Below, in pieces: positions 41,080 to 49,568 of a stretch of DNA of 56,975 nt (position 1 is its first letter; every line of letters begins with the position of its first letter). The stretch comes from a virus (Duplodnaviria; Caudoviricetes): IMG/VR virus record IMGVR_UViG_3300034093_002880, positions 1-56,975 of that record, one strand, 5' to 3'. The notes below the pieces were generated by a model. The model was not told where the DNA came from. It was given only the letters and a program-made list of their open reading frames with translations, and made no database searches. The position numbers and the translations under genes are program-made.

Positions 41080-41437
41080 AATTGGACGTCTGATATATTT
41101 CAAGTAATGATTTGCCCATCATATTAACGAATCTCTCGTTCTCGGTCAACTCTATTTCTCCGGTAGCATCCAATATTATATGTACAAGTTCGTGAAAGAA
41201 AGTTTCTATTAAAGTATCATCGGTAATAATCAGGGTATTTTCGTAAGATTTTCCATCCTCTTCATATCTCCTGATGACCGACCCCGTAGATTGCAATCTT
41301 ATTAATTTTAAATCGCCGTCGGCTGTACCGTAACAGTCTTCGTCCTCAAATAACTTGTTGCACATCACTACTTTATATTTGTGCCCCAATAAAGTGAATT
41401 CTGACGGAATTTTTATAATTTTGTCCGGATTTAACAC
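41060..41437 (-). CDS. Small HExxH zincin-like metallopeptidase
   Basis: ETFFHELVHII...E...V. Confidence 0.7.
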   Translation of the reverse strand: MLNPDKIIKIPSEFTLLGHKYKVVMCNKLFEDEDCYGTADGDLKLIRLQSTGSVIRRYEEDGKSYENTLIITDDTLIETFFHELVHIILDATGEIELTENERFVNMMGKSLLEIYQTSNYEKDSS

Positions 41438-41451
41438 TATGTATAACTATT

Positions 41452-41724
41452 ATGGAACAACACAAAGAGCCAACATTATTGCAGAAAATTAAAAATATAA
41501 GTGATGCCGCAGTCGATTGGGCAATCTTAGATAAATTTGGGCAAGTAGATGAAAATCAATTGAAAATGCGAAAAGATATATGCGGTTCGTGTCCAAAGTG
41601 GGACGCTTCTAGTTACGGCGGACTTGGAAAATGCACCATATGCGGATGCTCGGTCATAAAACTGTATATACCAAGTTCAACTTGTCCGGATTCTCCACCA
41701 AAATGGGGAGAAGTTACATCATAA
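41452..41724 (+). CDS. Small Cys-rich protein (DUF6171-like)
   Basis: R..IC.SC...C.ICGC...K.....CP...KW. Confidence 0.7.
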   Translation: MEQHKEPTLLQKIKNISDAAVDWAILDKFGQVDENQLKMRKDICGSCPKWDASSYGGLGKCTICGCSVIKLYIPSSTCPDSPPKWGEVTS

Positions 41725-44683
41725 ACTTTTTGCAATATTTTATATAATCCAAACTCTCGTTTAGTGGAGGAGTCTCCGGAACTACAACCGCTCCACCGGG
41801 AAAAAATTTCTTGGCATCTATTCCAGAGGCATTGAGTTTATTTATAGCCGCCGATTCTCCCATAATAGAAGCCATAAGAAGTGCGAGTTCTTTTCTGTTT
41901 GAGATATACGAGAACATAGTTTTTACTATATCAGGAGGCAATTCTACGCCAAATTGTTCTATGATAATACGAAACCACCTCGTATCGTTCCAGAGCTTTC
42001 CCAATAATTGCGATATGTGATCGGCAGTCAGAGTTTTCATTTTTTCCGAGCCGATATATTTGACGAGGTTATCCCCATTTTTTGTTTCGTATAATAGATT
42101 ATATACTTCGACTTCGGTAAGTTTGTCTCCCCTTGCGTCTATTATAAATTTCCCTACCTCGATGTTGTCCTGATTATTGTCGATGGCGGTGGAAAAGCGT
42201 ATTATGCTCCGAATAGAATCCGGAAGAAGTTTACCAATTATGTCGTGACCTACGTGTTGTAGAAGTACCATTGGCTGAATATGGTTTTCGCTCAAATGTG
42301 TAAGAATTCGGCGCAATTGTTGCGGAACTATGTGAACAATGGATTGCTTACCTAATATATCCAATGTCTGGATGGGACCATGTTTCACCATAATGTCCCC
42401 GATTCTGTCTCCGGAAATTTTATTGAATGTTCCGGGCGGGAACATTTTTACTGTATTATATAAATCTTCGGTATGATATGCAATCGAAGCAACAACATCC
42501 GGGGTCAATCCATCGGAACCGACCGACTTGACAAACTGGCCTATCACAGATTGCAACTCATCCGCACCGAGTTCCGAGACGTGCCTGAATAATTTCTGGA
42601 GGTCCATCCCGACAAAATTTTTCAAAGAGTCAATCCCAAAAAATTCAATCAATTTTGATGGTTGATTGTCCGAATTGATGAGAGTTGTAACATAAAATGA
42701 GTTAGATTCTATTAATTGTTTTAATCCAAGCTCGTTAATCGTTGAAATTCTGTCCTTGGATGTTCGCACAATCGGCCACGCTAATATTTGAGTTGGTTCA
42801 ACTTTATTAAATAGTTTTTTCGCAAATTCAATTTTGTTAGAAGTGTAATTCGCTAATACCTCGACGATGTCGTCGGCAATTTCTTCGGGGTCTATGGTAT
42901 CTAAAATATAATTTATTATAACATCGTTGTTTTTGAGGTTATCGCCAAATAATTTGCCCATTCTATAGGCGCTGAGTTTATTCACCAGAGGTTTTCCGAA
43001 TGCATATAATATTCCCGCTTTATCTCCGGTCTCATCGAAAATTTCGTTGGCGGAATCCACATCAATCTTGTCCAAATTATGTTTTCCTATGATGCCGATT
43101 ACATTTTTGACTGGAATTTCCGAGTGGGTCAAAATTGTGTACACATCTATTGTGGATATAGAGTCACCTTTAATTTTCACAATTAACCGAACCAGTTCTT
43201 CTCTGTTCGTGTGAACCGAAAACAAAGCCCTCAAGTCATACGCGGAATAGTCCCGGCGCTTTAGGAATGCTAAAAGGGCCGACGGATATTTTGCAATTTC
43301 CGAGTAATTTAAATTTGCTCTGTTCGAATTTGCTGCGGGATTGTCGATTCCCTCGACCACGGTAAATGCGTTGCTATTTGTAAAAAATGCCTGCAATGGT
43401 TCATTTGAATGTATGACTCCTTTTCCTGCATCGTCCACTATCAAATCATACCCCAAGTCTTTTCTCAACAGCTTGTTCCACGTCACGGTAGATTTTATAC
43501 CGTGGATATTTTTAACATTTTCCGATAATATTCTACAAAAGTTCCAGAACACGCCGATTCCCTCGGAACGAAACCTCGTGGTCGATTTTGCCTCTTCGAA
43601 AATATTTGAAAGAAACGGCTTTACCTTTTCATCTTTATTCCAAATTTCCAACAAAGTATTAATGTCGTTATCTCCATCTGCCTTGGTATATTTTGATATA
43701 ATGAGTTCTTTTATGCCCGGTTTCTTTCTTAATATCATGGCATTTTTTCTGTCTGCGGCAAACGGAAACCCAATAACCCCGTGTACATTTTTATATCTAG
43801 CAGCAGATAATTTTAATGGATAGCAATATACACCAAGTGGAGTGTCATAATTGCTTCTCGGAAAAATTCCGGCCTTCTTAACTGTCGTAAATGACACAAA
43901 TATATCGTCCTCGCGAGCAAGATCTCGCAATCGTTTAGAGAAAGGTTCTTTTATATTGATGTCCGGATTTTTTCTTTCCTCTGAAATATCATAGTCTTCG
44001 GTGATTGCATTTGGGTCATTGAATAATTTAGTCAAACGGACCTTCATAAATTCCGGTATTTTATCGTGCGCCAAAATTTTATCTCGTAGAGCATCGAAAT
44101 ATTTGTCGTTGCCTATTAGAACTTTATTTACTTCTCCGACGTCTTTATATTGGAAGGAAAGGGTTCCATCAGAATTTATTCCAGTTATTTCGGCCCCACC
44201 GAAAACACTCGCCGGAATTACCGTTTTCAATAGCTTTAAAAATATCTTTGAACTCAAGTCATTTTTCAACCTCAATGTTTTGAACCCCAGTTTTCCAACT
44301 TGGTCGGAAATTTCTTTACTTACCATCCCCCACACCGGGACGCTGTTATACTTGGCTTTTAATTCTTGAATTCCTTTGTAAATAGATTTCAAACTGCCAG
44401 CAACTCCAACGAATTTTACCATACCGGATTGTTGTGGCCGAACGGCAACATAGCCATTCTCGTCTCCGAAAAATGTCCAACCATAGGCTCGTTCTATAAA
44501 CTTGTCCTTCTCCCAACTCTTTCCTGTACTTTTTATATAGCTTTGGTTGAATACGTCATAAGCCTTGTCTAAATTCATCGTGCGATGATTCATCTCGGCC
44601 TCTGGTAAAATTTCCGTCGGCATTGCACAAGGCTCCTCCTCGGGCGCAACATTTTCCAGCATGAGATTTACTAATTTCAACAT
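41714..44683 (-). CDS. Multidomain probable internal head protein: GNAT-like + ADP-ribosyltransferase-like + helical repeats
   Basis: Leader MLKLVNLMLE; SFT...TPLGVYCYP...LGYD..D..GVIHSNEPLQA resembles an ART fold; ~35-aa repeats; start refined. Confidence 0.6.
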   Translation of the reverse strand: MLKLVNLMLENVAPEEEPCAMPTEILPEAEMNHRTMNLDKAYDVFNQSYIKSTGKSWEKDKFIERAYGWTFFGDENGYVAVRPQQSGMVKFVGVAGSLKSIYKGIQELKAKYNSVPVWGMVSKEISDQVGKLGFKTLRLKNDLSSKIFLKLLKTVIPASVFGGAEITGINSDGTLSFQYKDVGEVNKVLIGNDKYFDALRDKILAHDKIPEFMKVRLTKLFNDPNAITEDYDISEERKNPDINIKEPFSKRLRDLAREDDIFVSFTTVKKAGIFPRSNYDTPLGVYCYPLKLSAARYKNVHGVIGFPFAADRKNAMILRKKPGIKELIISKYTKADGDNDINTLLEIWNKDEKVKPFLSNIFEEAKSTTRFRSEGIGVFWNFCRILSENVKNIHGIKSTVTWNKLLRKDLGYDLIVDDAGKGVIHSNEPLQAFFTNSNAFTVVEGIDNPAANSNRANLNYSEIAKYPSALLAFLKRRDYSAYDLRALFSVHTNREELVRLIVKIKGDSISTIDVYTILTHSEIPVKNVIGIIGKHNLDKIDVDSANEIFDETGDKAGILYAFGKPLVNKLSAYRMGKLFGDNLKNNDVIINYILDTIDPEEIADDIVEVLANYTSNKIEFAKKLFNKVEPTQILAWPIVRTSKDRISTINELGLKQLIESNSFYVTTLINSDNQPSKLIEFFGIDSLKNFVGMDLQKLFRHVSELGADELQSVIGQFVKSVGSDGLTPDVVASIAYHTEDLYNTVKMFPPGTFNKISGDRIGDIMVKHGPIQTLDILGKQSIVHIVPQQLRRILTHLSENHIQPMVLLQHVGHDIIGKLLPDSIRSIIRFSTAIDNNQDNIEVGKFIIDARGDKLTEVEVYNLLYETKNGDNLVKYIGSEKMKTLTADHISQLLGKLWNDTRWFRIIIEQFGVELPPDIVKTMFSYISNRKELALLMASIMGESAAINKLNASGIDAKKFFPGGAVVVPETPPLNESLDYIKYCKKFMM

Positions 44684-44716
44684 GTATATAAATATTGATA
44701 ATTGAGATATTTGCAC

Positions 44717-44749
44717 AAAAAAGAGGGAGAAGTGTTAATTCTCCCTCTT
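44717..44749 (-). terminator. Intrinsic terminator
   Basis: AAGAGGGAGAA / TTCTCCCTCTT 11-bp stem with a T-tail on the minus strand. Confidence 0.85.
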
Positions 44750-44764
44750 GTGTGTATACTTATT

Positions 44765-44974
44765 TTATCGACTGCGCCTAGGCTTCTTTTTTGTCGTGCC
44801 GCCGGGCGTTGATGTGGCGATGTATTTTTCGCCCCGTTTTCCTCGGGCCGCTGCATTTTTCCAAGAATTTCTAGTTTTGATACTAGCAAATTCGTATTTT
44901 GCGCCTTCTGCCAGCAACTTACTAACTTCCCCCTCGGAAGTTGCCGACAGTATTTTTTGTTTTAATCCAATCAT
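44765..44974 (-). CDS. Small basic hypothetical protein
   Basis: 69 aa; last gene before the terminator. Confidence 0.6.
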   Translation of the reverse strand: MIGLKQKILSATSEGEVSKLLAEGAKYEFASIKTRNSWKNAAARGKRGEKYIATSTPGGTTKKKPRRSR

Positions 44975-44979
44975 AAATT

Positions 44980-45168
44980 TTATCGTCTGTATTGATTAAT
45001 ACACTTGATGTCCAACTTGGAACCGTCGGGAAATCGGTTAATAATCCCGGCCCAATAGGTGTATTCTGTTTGGGCACCGGCTTTTGAATCATATTCCGAC
45101 TCGGAGACTCGGACGCCATTCCTAAAAACGGCGTATAGTGGAACTTCATTATTACTGTTTGTATACAT
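44980..45168 (-). CDS. Small hypothetical protein
   Basis: 62 aa, tightly spaced in the operon. Confidence 0.65.
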   Translation of the reverse strand: MYTNSNNEVPLYAVFRNGVRVSESEYDSKAGAQTEYTYWAGIINRFPDGSKLDIKCINQYRR

Positions 45169-45186
45169 ACTTGTTAACTGTGTATT

Positions 45187-45375
45187 TTAATCGTTGCTTT
45201 GTGAGTGCGTGAAACTTTCCATCATGGATAGTTCATCGCGTAAATCATAATCGCTGGGTTGGATTACGTCCATGACATTAATTGTCTGTAGCGTTCGTCC
45301 GCCCTCCTCGATATTTTTCTTTGGTCGTCCCCGACCGCGTTTTTGTTCTGTTGGATTGGATGGATTGTTAGTCAT
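45187..45375 (-). CDS. Small AT-hook protein
   Basis: KRGRGRPKK; likely ATG at 45375 (or 45384) downstream of TTGACG at 45406-45411. Confidence 0.6.
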   Translation of the reverse strand: MTNNPSNPTEQKRGRGRPKKNIEEGGRTLQTINVMDVIQPSDYDLRDELSMMESFTHSQSND

Positions 45376-45447
45376 CGGATACATGTTTAACAGACTTTCT
45401 ACCAACGTCAAGCGTTTTCAGAATAAAAATACTATTTATAATCGACA

Positions 45448-45594
45448 ATGAAAAAAGTCGGGTTCACATTTTTAGATAGAATAAGGCACGGAGCCATGCA
45501 TTTTCGGTGTGCTTGCAAGTGTATATATCTAAAAAAGAATCCAATGCTATTCGTCAAAGGATTTTTTCGCACGTTCTTTACTTGGAAGTATTGA
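45448..45594 (+). CDS. Small basic, Cys-containing protein (48 aa), not in the ORF track
   Basis: MKKVGFTFLDRIRHGAMHFRCACKCIYLKKNPMLFVKGFFRTFFTWKY, preceded by TATTTATA at 45433-45440. Confidence 0.5.
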   Translation: MKKVGFTFLDRIRHGAMHFRCACKCIYLKKNPMLFVKGFFRTFFTWKY

Positions 45595-46507
45595 TACTCG
45601 AAACAATCTCGGACAATGATGGCATAGTAGAATCTTCGTTCACATTCATGATGTGATTATATTCGGCGGCGCTCATTCCTAGCTTGTTTGCAATTTCACC
45701 GGCTTTTGAGTGATCCGCACCAAGTTTCATCAGTGCCGCTTTTTTTTCTTTCGGTGACAGTGTATGTATGATTCTACGAAGTTTATCCATTTCATCCGAG
45801 GAAAGTTTTTCTCTTTCTCCGACCTCTCCCGTCAACTCGGAGTAAGCGAAAAATCCTCTAAAGTCTAGGAACTGGTATATACATTTATGTTCGTCCACTC
45901 CAAGAGAATTCATGAATTTAAATATCAAATCCAAATGTGGGTGTAATGTGGACTTATCGTTCCAGAAACTCACAGTATATTTTTTCGTCCAAATGCGTCC
46001 GGAAGGTACTGTCGCTCTTGCTATTTTTCCCGGCGCGTCCTTCACTTTTCCTCGAACATTTAAATTTCTATAAAATTGAATATTTTCGCGTAGATACTTT
46101 CGAATAGTAATCGACGGATTATTGTATCTGTCCACGAGCCCAAATAATGAAACCGTCGCTTTTGCGTCGGGTTTTACTATACTAATTGTTCCCGGTATTT
46201 CTTCATACACAGAATATATGGAATTGAAATCGTTTGGCCTCACCACGGCCTCTTGCATCGCAGCAATCAAGAATTCTTGAATGTAACCGTGAGTTTCTCT
46301 GCTATATGCAACCACGCCGTTCTTGACGTCAATGAAAAATCCGGTACCAAACCGTCGGTGACTAAATCCACCTTTTTTAATATGCGTCAAACCTAATGCA
46401 TTCAACCGCTCGGCTTCGATTCGGTCAATTATGACCGCGTCCGGAGTCTCAGACAGCACAGACTCCAACAAAAATTCTATATCAAACGGCAATCGAGGCT
46501 TATCCAT
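45578..46507 (-). CDS. Probable internal head protein
   Basis: Leader ...FLLE-SVLSE; C-terminal VNE tail; late motif upstream. Confidence 0.55.
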   Translation of the reverse strand: MDKPRLPFDIEFLLESVLSETPDAVIIDRIEAERLNALGLTHIKKGGFSHRRFGTGFFIDVKNGVVAYSRETHGYIQEFLIAAMQEAVVRPNDFNSIYSVYEEIPGTISIVKPDAKATVSLFGLVDRYNNPSITIRKYLRENIQFYRNLNVRGKVKDAPGKIARATVPSGRIWTKKYTVSFWNDKSTLHPHLDLIFKFMNSLGVDEHKCIYQFLDFRGFFAYSELTGEVGEREKLSSDEMDKLRRIIHTLSPKEKKAALMKLGADHSKAGEIANKLGMSAAEYNHIMNVNEDSTMPSLSEIVSSINTSK

Positions 46508-46540
46508 ATAGAATATAAATATAACCCGATGAAGTATAAA

Positions 46541-46714
46541 TTATAGTAACTTACACTTTGGCTTAAACGGATTTGCTTCGGCCTTTGCTGCCAATTTATC
46601 AGCCACGCCAGCTTGCACGATTTTTGCGGCAGCTTCATTATACCCCGGAGTATTCTTCGCATTGGGTTGCATTTCCCGAACAATCTTACCAATCTCAGCT
46701 AAATTAGGTTTCAT
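46541..46714 (-). CDS. Small hypothetical protein
   Basis: ATG at 46714 follows TATTTATG. Confidence 0.55.
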   Translation of the reverse strand: MKPNLAEIGKIVREMQPNAKNTPGYNEAAAKIVQAGVADKLAAKAEANPFKPKCKLL

Positions 46715-46740
46715 ATATACCATAAATATAAAGCCAACCA

Positions 46741-47673
46741 TTAAATCGTTTCATCAAACTTAATAACTCGTGTGGAGTATATGTCGGACATTATAAAATC
46801 TATTGCATCCAACGGAAGAAAAACCTTGAGAACAGTCACTTTTTCCGGCGGAGTGTCATGATAGGTAGAAGCAATCTGCTTGGAATATTCCGGGCGCAAA
46901 GAAAAATAAGTCTTATACTTAAAACCATTCTTTTTAATACTTGATAGATTCTTTGATGGAGTTCCATGATAAGCAATCAACCTACCATCCGAAGTATATT
47001 GAGCATTATGCCTTTCCAACCAAGACTTTCTATAAGAGGATTCAGCTTCTTCGTCTTCTTTCATTATGTTGGGATTATTTGAAGAAAAATCGCCGACATT
47101 ATGAATACTCTTTATTTGTGTAGCATCGAACGCAATCCAACTATCGTCATTTCCTTCTACTTCGTTCTTATATACCACACCATCATATCCCAATTCTTTT
47201 AACACAGATTGATAAAATATTGATTTAATACCACCTCCATACAAATTGCTTTCTGGCTCTATTCCACGACTTCTTACAATTTCAATCGCTTTTCTTAATT
47301 CGCTTTCATCTATAGTACCAACCTTCACGGCGTTACGTATCACTATCCCAGTTTTTTGTGGCTTATCCCAATCTCCGGCGTCTTTGAGTCGAATGGGATT
47401 TTTGATAGATAAAAATACAGGCATGCTGCGTTCGCCGTCCGCATTAAAGTGTCTTGCATGATACATTGAACGCGAATTTGCGGCGGTGGGTGTTCCAAAA
47501 TGAAATCCAATATCTCCATGCTTAAATGAATTAAAATCGTAGTGAGTAGAATGCACGACCGGCAATGGATTACCTTGCGCATCCACCACTTTGCTATTTC
47601 CAAACCATTTCTTGAAATTTGGATTGTCTGTTACCGCAGACTCTAGCAATAAATCTTTAAGTAGAATGTGCAT
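46741..47673 (-). CDS. Tandem ADP-ribosyltransferase-like protein (ART-PolyVal-type domain plus a second YHGT domain)
   Basis: NFKKWFGNSKVVD..G.PL.V.HST...GFHFG...FL.IKNP...GYDGVVY.N..E..WIAF...QIKS..N.G.F; second domain IAYHGT...I...GF...YFS. Confidence 0.78.
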   Translation of the reverse strand: MHILLKDLLLESAVTDNPNFKKWFGNSKVVDAQGNPLPVVHSTHYDFNSFKHGDIGFHFGTPTAANSRSMYHARHFNADGERSMPVFLSIKNPIRLKDAGDWDKPQKTGIVIRNAVKVGTIDESELRKAIEIVRSRGIEPESNLYGGGIKSIFYQSVLKELGYDGVVYKNEVEGNDDSWIAFDATQIKSIHNVGDFSSNNPNIMKEDEEAESSYRKSWLERHNAQYTSDGRLIAYHGTPSKNLSSIKKNGFKYKTYFSLRPEYSKQIASTYHDTPPEKVTVLKVFLPLDAIDFIMSDIYSTRVIKFDETI

Positions 47674-47689
47674 ATGTACGGTATAGTTA

Positions 47690-47701
47690 TATTTATAAGT
47701 A
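47690..47701. promoter_or_regulatory. Overlapping bidirectional candidate late promoter (TATTTATA on +, TACTTATA on -)
   Basis: Sits in the 36-bp gap between divergent genes; the same motif precedes more than 12 other genes on their sense strand. Confidence 0.65.
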
Positions 47702-47709
47702 TACGACAT

Positions 47710-49530
47710 ATGCAATACCACGATTTTTTCCGAGATATTATAGCCGAAGGACGGGCGGATCGGTATTTACCGGTACTCACCGGTCGTGCCGGTGATTATA
47801 CAAACCAAGAACGAGAATATGTTCAGGGTATTGTGCAGGATTTTAAACGCGACGACATTATTCAATGGTATCTGCGTTGGGACCGAGCGGTCAGAATAGC
47901 GTGGAAGACGGATGTAAACAGAAAGTCGGGTGCCCAAGAATATAACAAGCGAGTCGTATCTCCAAGTGACGCGAGATGGCTTGAAAAATATACGGCGGCA
48001 ACCCAGAAACCGGAGAATACAAGAACCATCCACGGTAATGTAACAGACATAAATCATTTCAGTTTCGTACCGTGGTCTTCCGAATCCCGACGCCAGTGGA
48101 TGCACTTTTTATCACAACCCATACCGGAAATTCAAAATTACAGATTCGTAAATCAATCTCCTCATAAGGTGATGGGAGATTTTCAATATTTCGAAGATGA
48201 GTGGCAAAAAAAGCAAGAAGAAGAAGCCCAGTGGATTGACATGACAAGTGAATTAAGTTATAATAATGCACCTGACGATTTCCAAGTTGGTACGGTGGAT
48301 GAAATTATCAAATTAAACAATGGATTTTCTTGGTTCAATTTAAATAAAGCGGCATGTAAAAAGGAAGGAAGTGCGATGGGTCACTGTGGAAATTCCGCAG
48401 ACAACTCGCCCACGGATACAATCCTTAGCCTGCGCAATGTTAAAAAACTCAATGGGCGTACATTTGCGAGACCGTGCGTCACGTTCATTTTAAACAAAAA
48501 AACCGGAGCGTTGGGCGAGATGAAGGGGCGAGCCAATGAAAAACCAGACGCAAAGTACCATCCTTACATATTAAAACTGTTTGAATATAAAAATGGCAAT
48601 GATTACCTCATAAAAGATTTGATTGGCGGCGGGTATTTACCAGAAAGCAATTTTAGCGTAGACGATTTGTCCGACGCCGACAAAAATAGATTATACGAAG
48701 TTAGACCAGATTTGAAGCCGATGCTAGTCGCGTTGAAAACGGAAGGAGCTACCCCAGAACTAAAACAAAGAATATTAAACAGACTTTCGGGAAAAAGCGG
48801 TAAAATAAAATTTGTCAATGTTCGAGGCCATGAGAAAATGTATGTGGAAACTTGGCCAGAAATGAAACATTTTTTCGGCAGTGAATTCTTTAGATATAAT
48901 TCCTATATGCCCAACTTTAAATTTTATTGGTCAGTAATTCTTGGAGAAGGTGCATTAGACGACGCCCGAGAAGTGCCGAGAGAATCCGTTGAAGAATTGT
49001 TTGGGTTAGCCACGGCACATAAACAATTTAATAAAAAGGAATTTATAAGATATTTGATTGACGAGGAAACCTACACAGCGGAAGAGCTACGGAACGCACC
49101 AGACATATTCGAACTTTTATATAAAACGAATAGCGAGGTTATAGAGAACTTGACTAATTCAATACGAATTGCGGCGGAAGACGGAGCCTACACTCGAATG
49201 TTAGAATATTTCGTGAGTGGGATTGATGCCATCAGTTTAACATTAAGCCGAAACGGTGTTGACTTGGAGTTTGATCTTTTCGCCGAACCAGAAAAAAGCC
49301 TCAATTCTCCCATATATCAAGTGTGGGACATTGAAAGAGCAATCGTTGCAATCGAAACTTTACAGATTGATAATTTTTCCGATCTATTCGAGACCGGCGT
49401 GCGCAATTTAAAATCTTCCGGAGATATGACCGTACCGGATGATGGATTTAATGAATATGGTAGGAGAGAAAAATTGGCTGCATTAAATGAGTTTTACCGG
49501 TTCGAGGGTAAAGAGTTTTTCAATAAGTGA
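47710..49530 (+). CDS. PcfJ-like (GNAT-fold) domain protein, probable internal head protein
   Basis: KEGSAMGHCG...ILSLR...P.VT...EMKGRANEKP; leader MQYHDFFRDIIAE; start refined to 47710. Confidence 0.7.
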   Translation: MQYHDFFRDIIAEGRADRYLPVLTGRAGDYTNQEREYVQGIVQDFKRDDIIQWYLRWDRAVRIAWKTDVNRKSGAQEYNKRVVSPSDARWLEKYTAATQKPENTRTIHGNVTDINHFSFVPWSSESRRQWMHFLSQPIPEIQNYRFVNQSPHKVMGDFQYFEDEWQKKQEEEAQWIDMTSELSYNNAPDDFQVGTVDEIIKLNNGFSWFNLNKAACKKEGSAMGHCGNSADNSPTDTILSLRNVKKLNGRTFARPCVTFILNKKTGALGEMKGRANEKPDAKYHPYILKLFEYKNGNDYLIKDLIGGGYLPESNFSVDDLSDADKNRLYEVRPDLKPMLVALKTEGATPELKQRILNRLSGKSGKIKFVNVRGHEKMYVETWPEMKHFFGSEFFRYNSYMPNFKFYWSVILGEGALDDAREVPRESVEELFGLATAHKQFNKKEFIRYLIDEETYTAEELRNAPDIFELLYKTNSEVIENLTNSIRIAAEDGAYTRMLEYFVSGIDAISLTLSRNGVDLEFDLFAEPEKSLNSPIYQVWDIERAIVAIETLQIDNFSDLFETGVRNLKSSGDMTVPDDGFNEYGRREKLAALNEFYRFEGKEFFNK

Positions 49531-49568
49531 CTCGGTTTATAGAAACAGTTCTAACCAACTCGCAAGTT

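Noticed and set aside
4890-46728. TATAAATA on the + strand as genuine T4-type late promoters
   Set aside because: They would point away from the adjacent genes; plus-strand genes have the complementary TATTTATA instead
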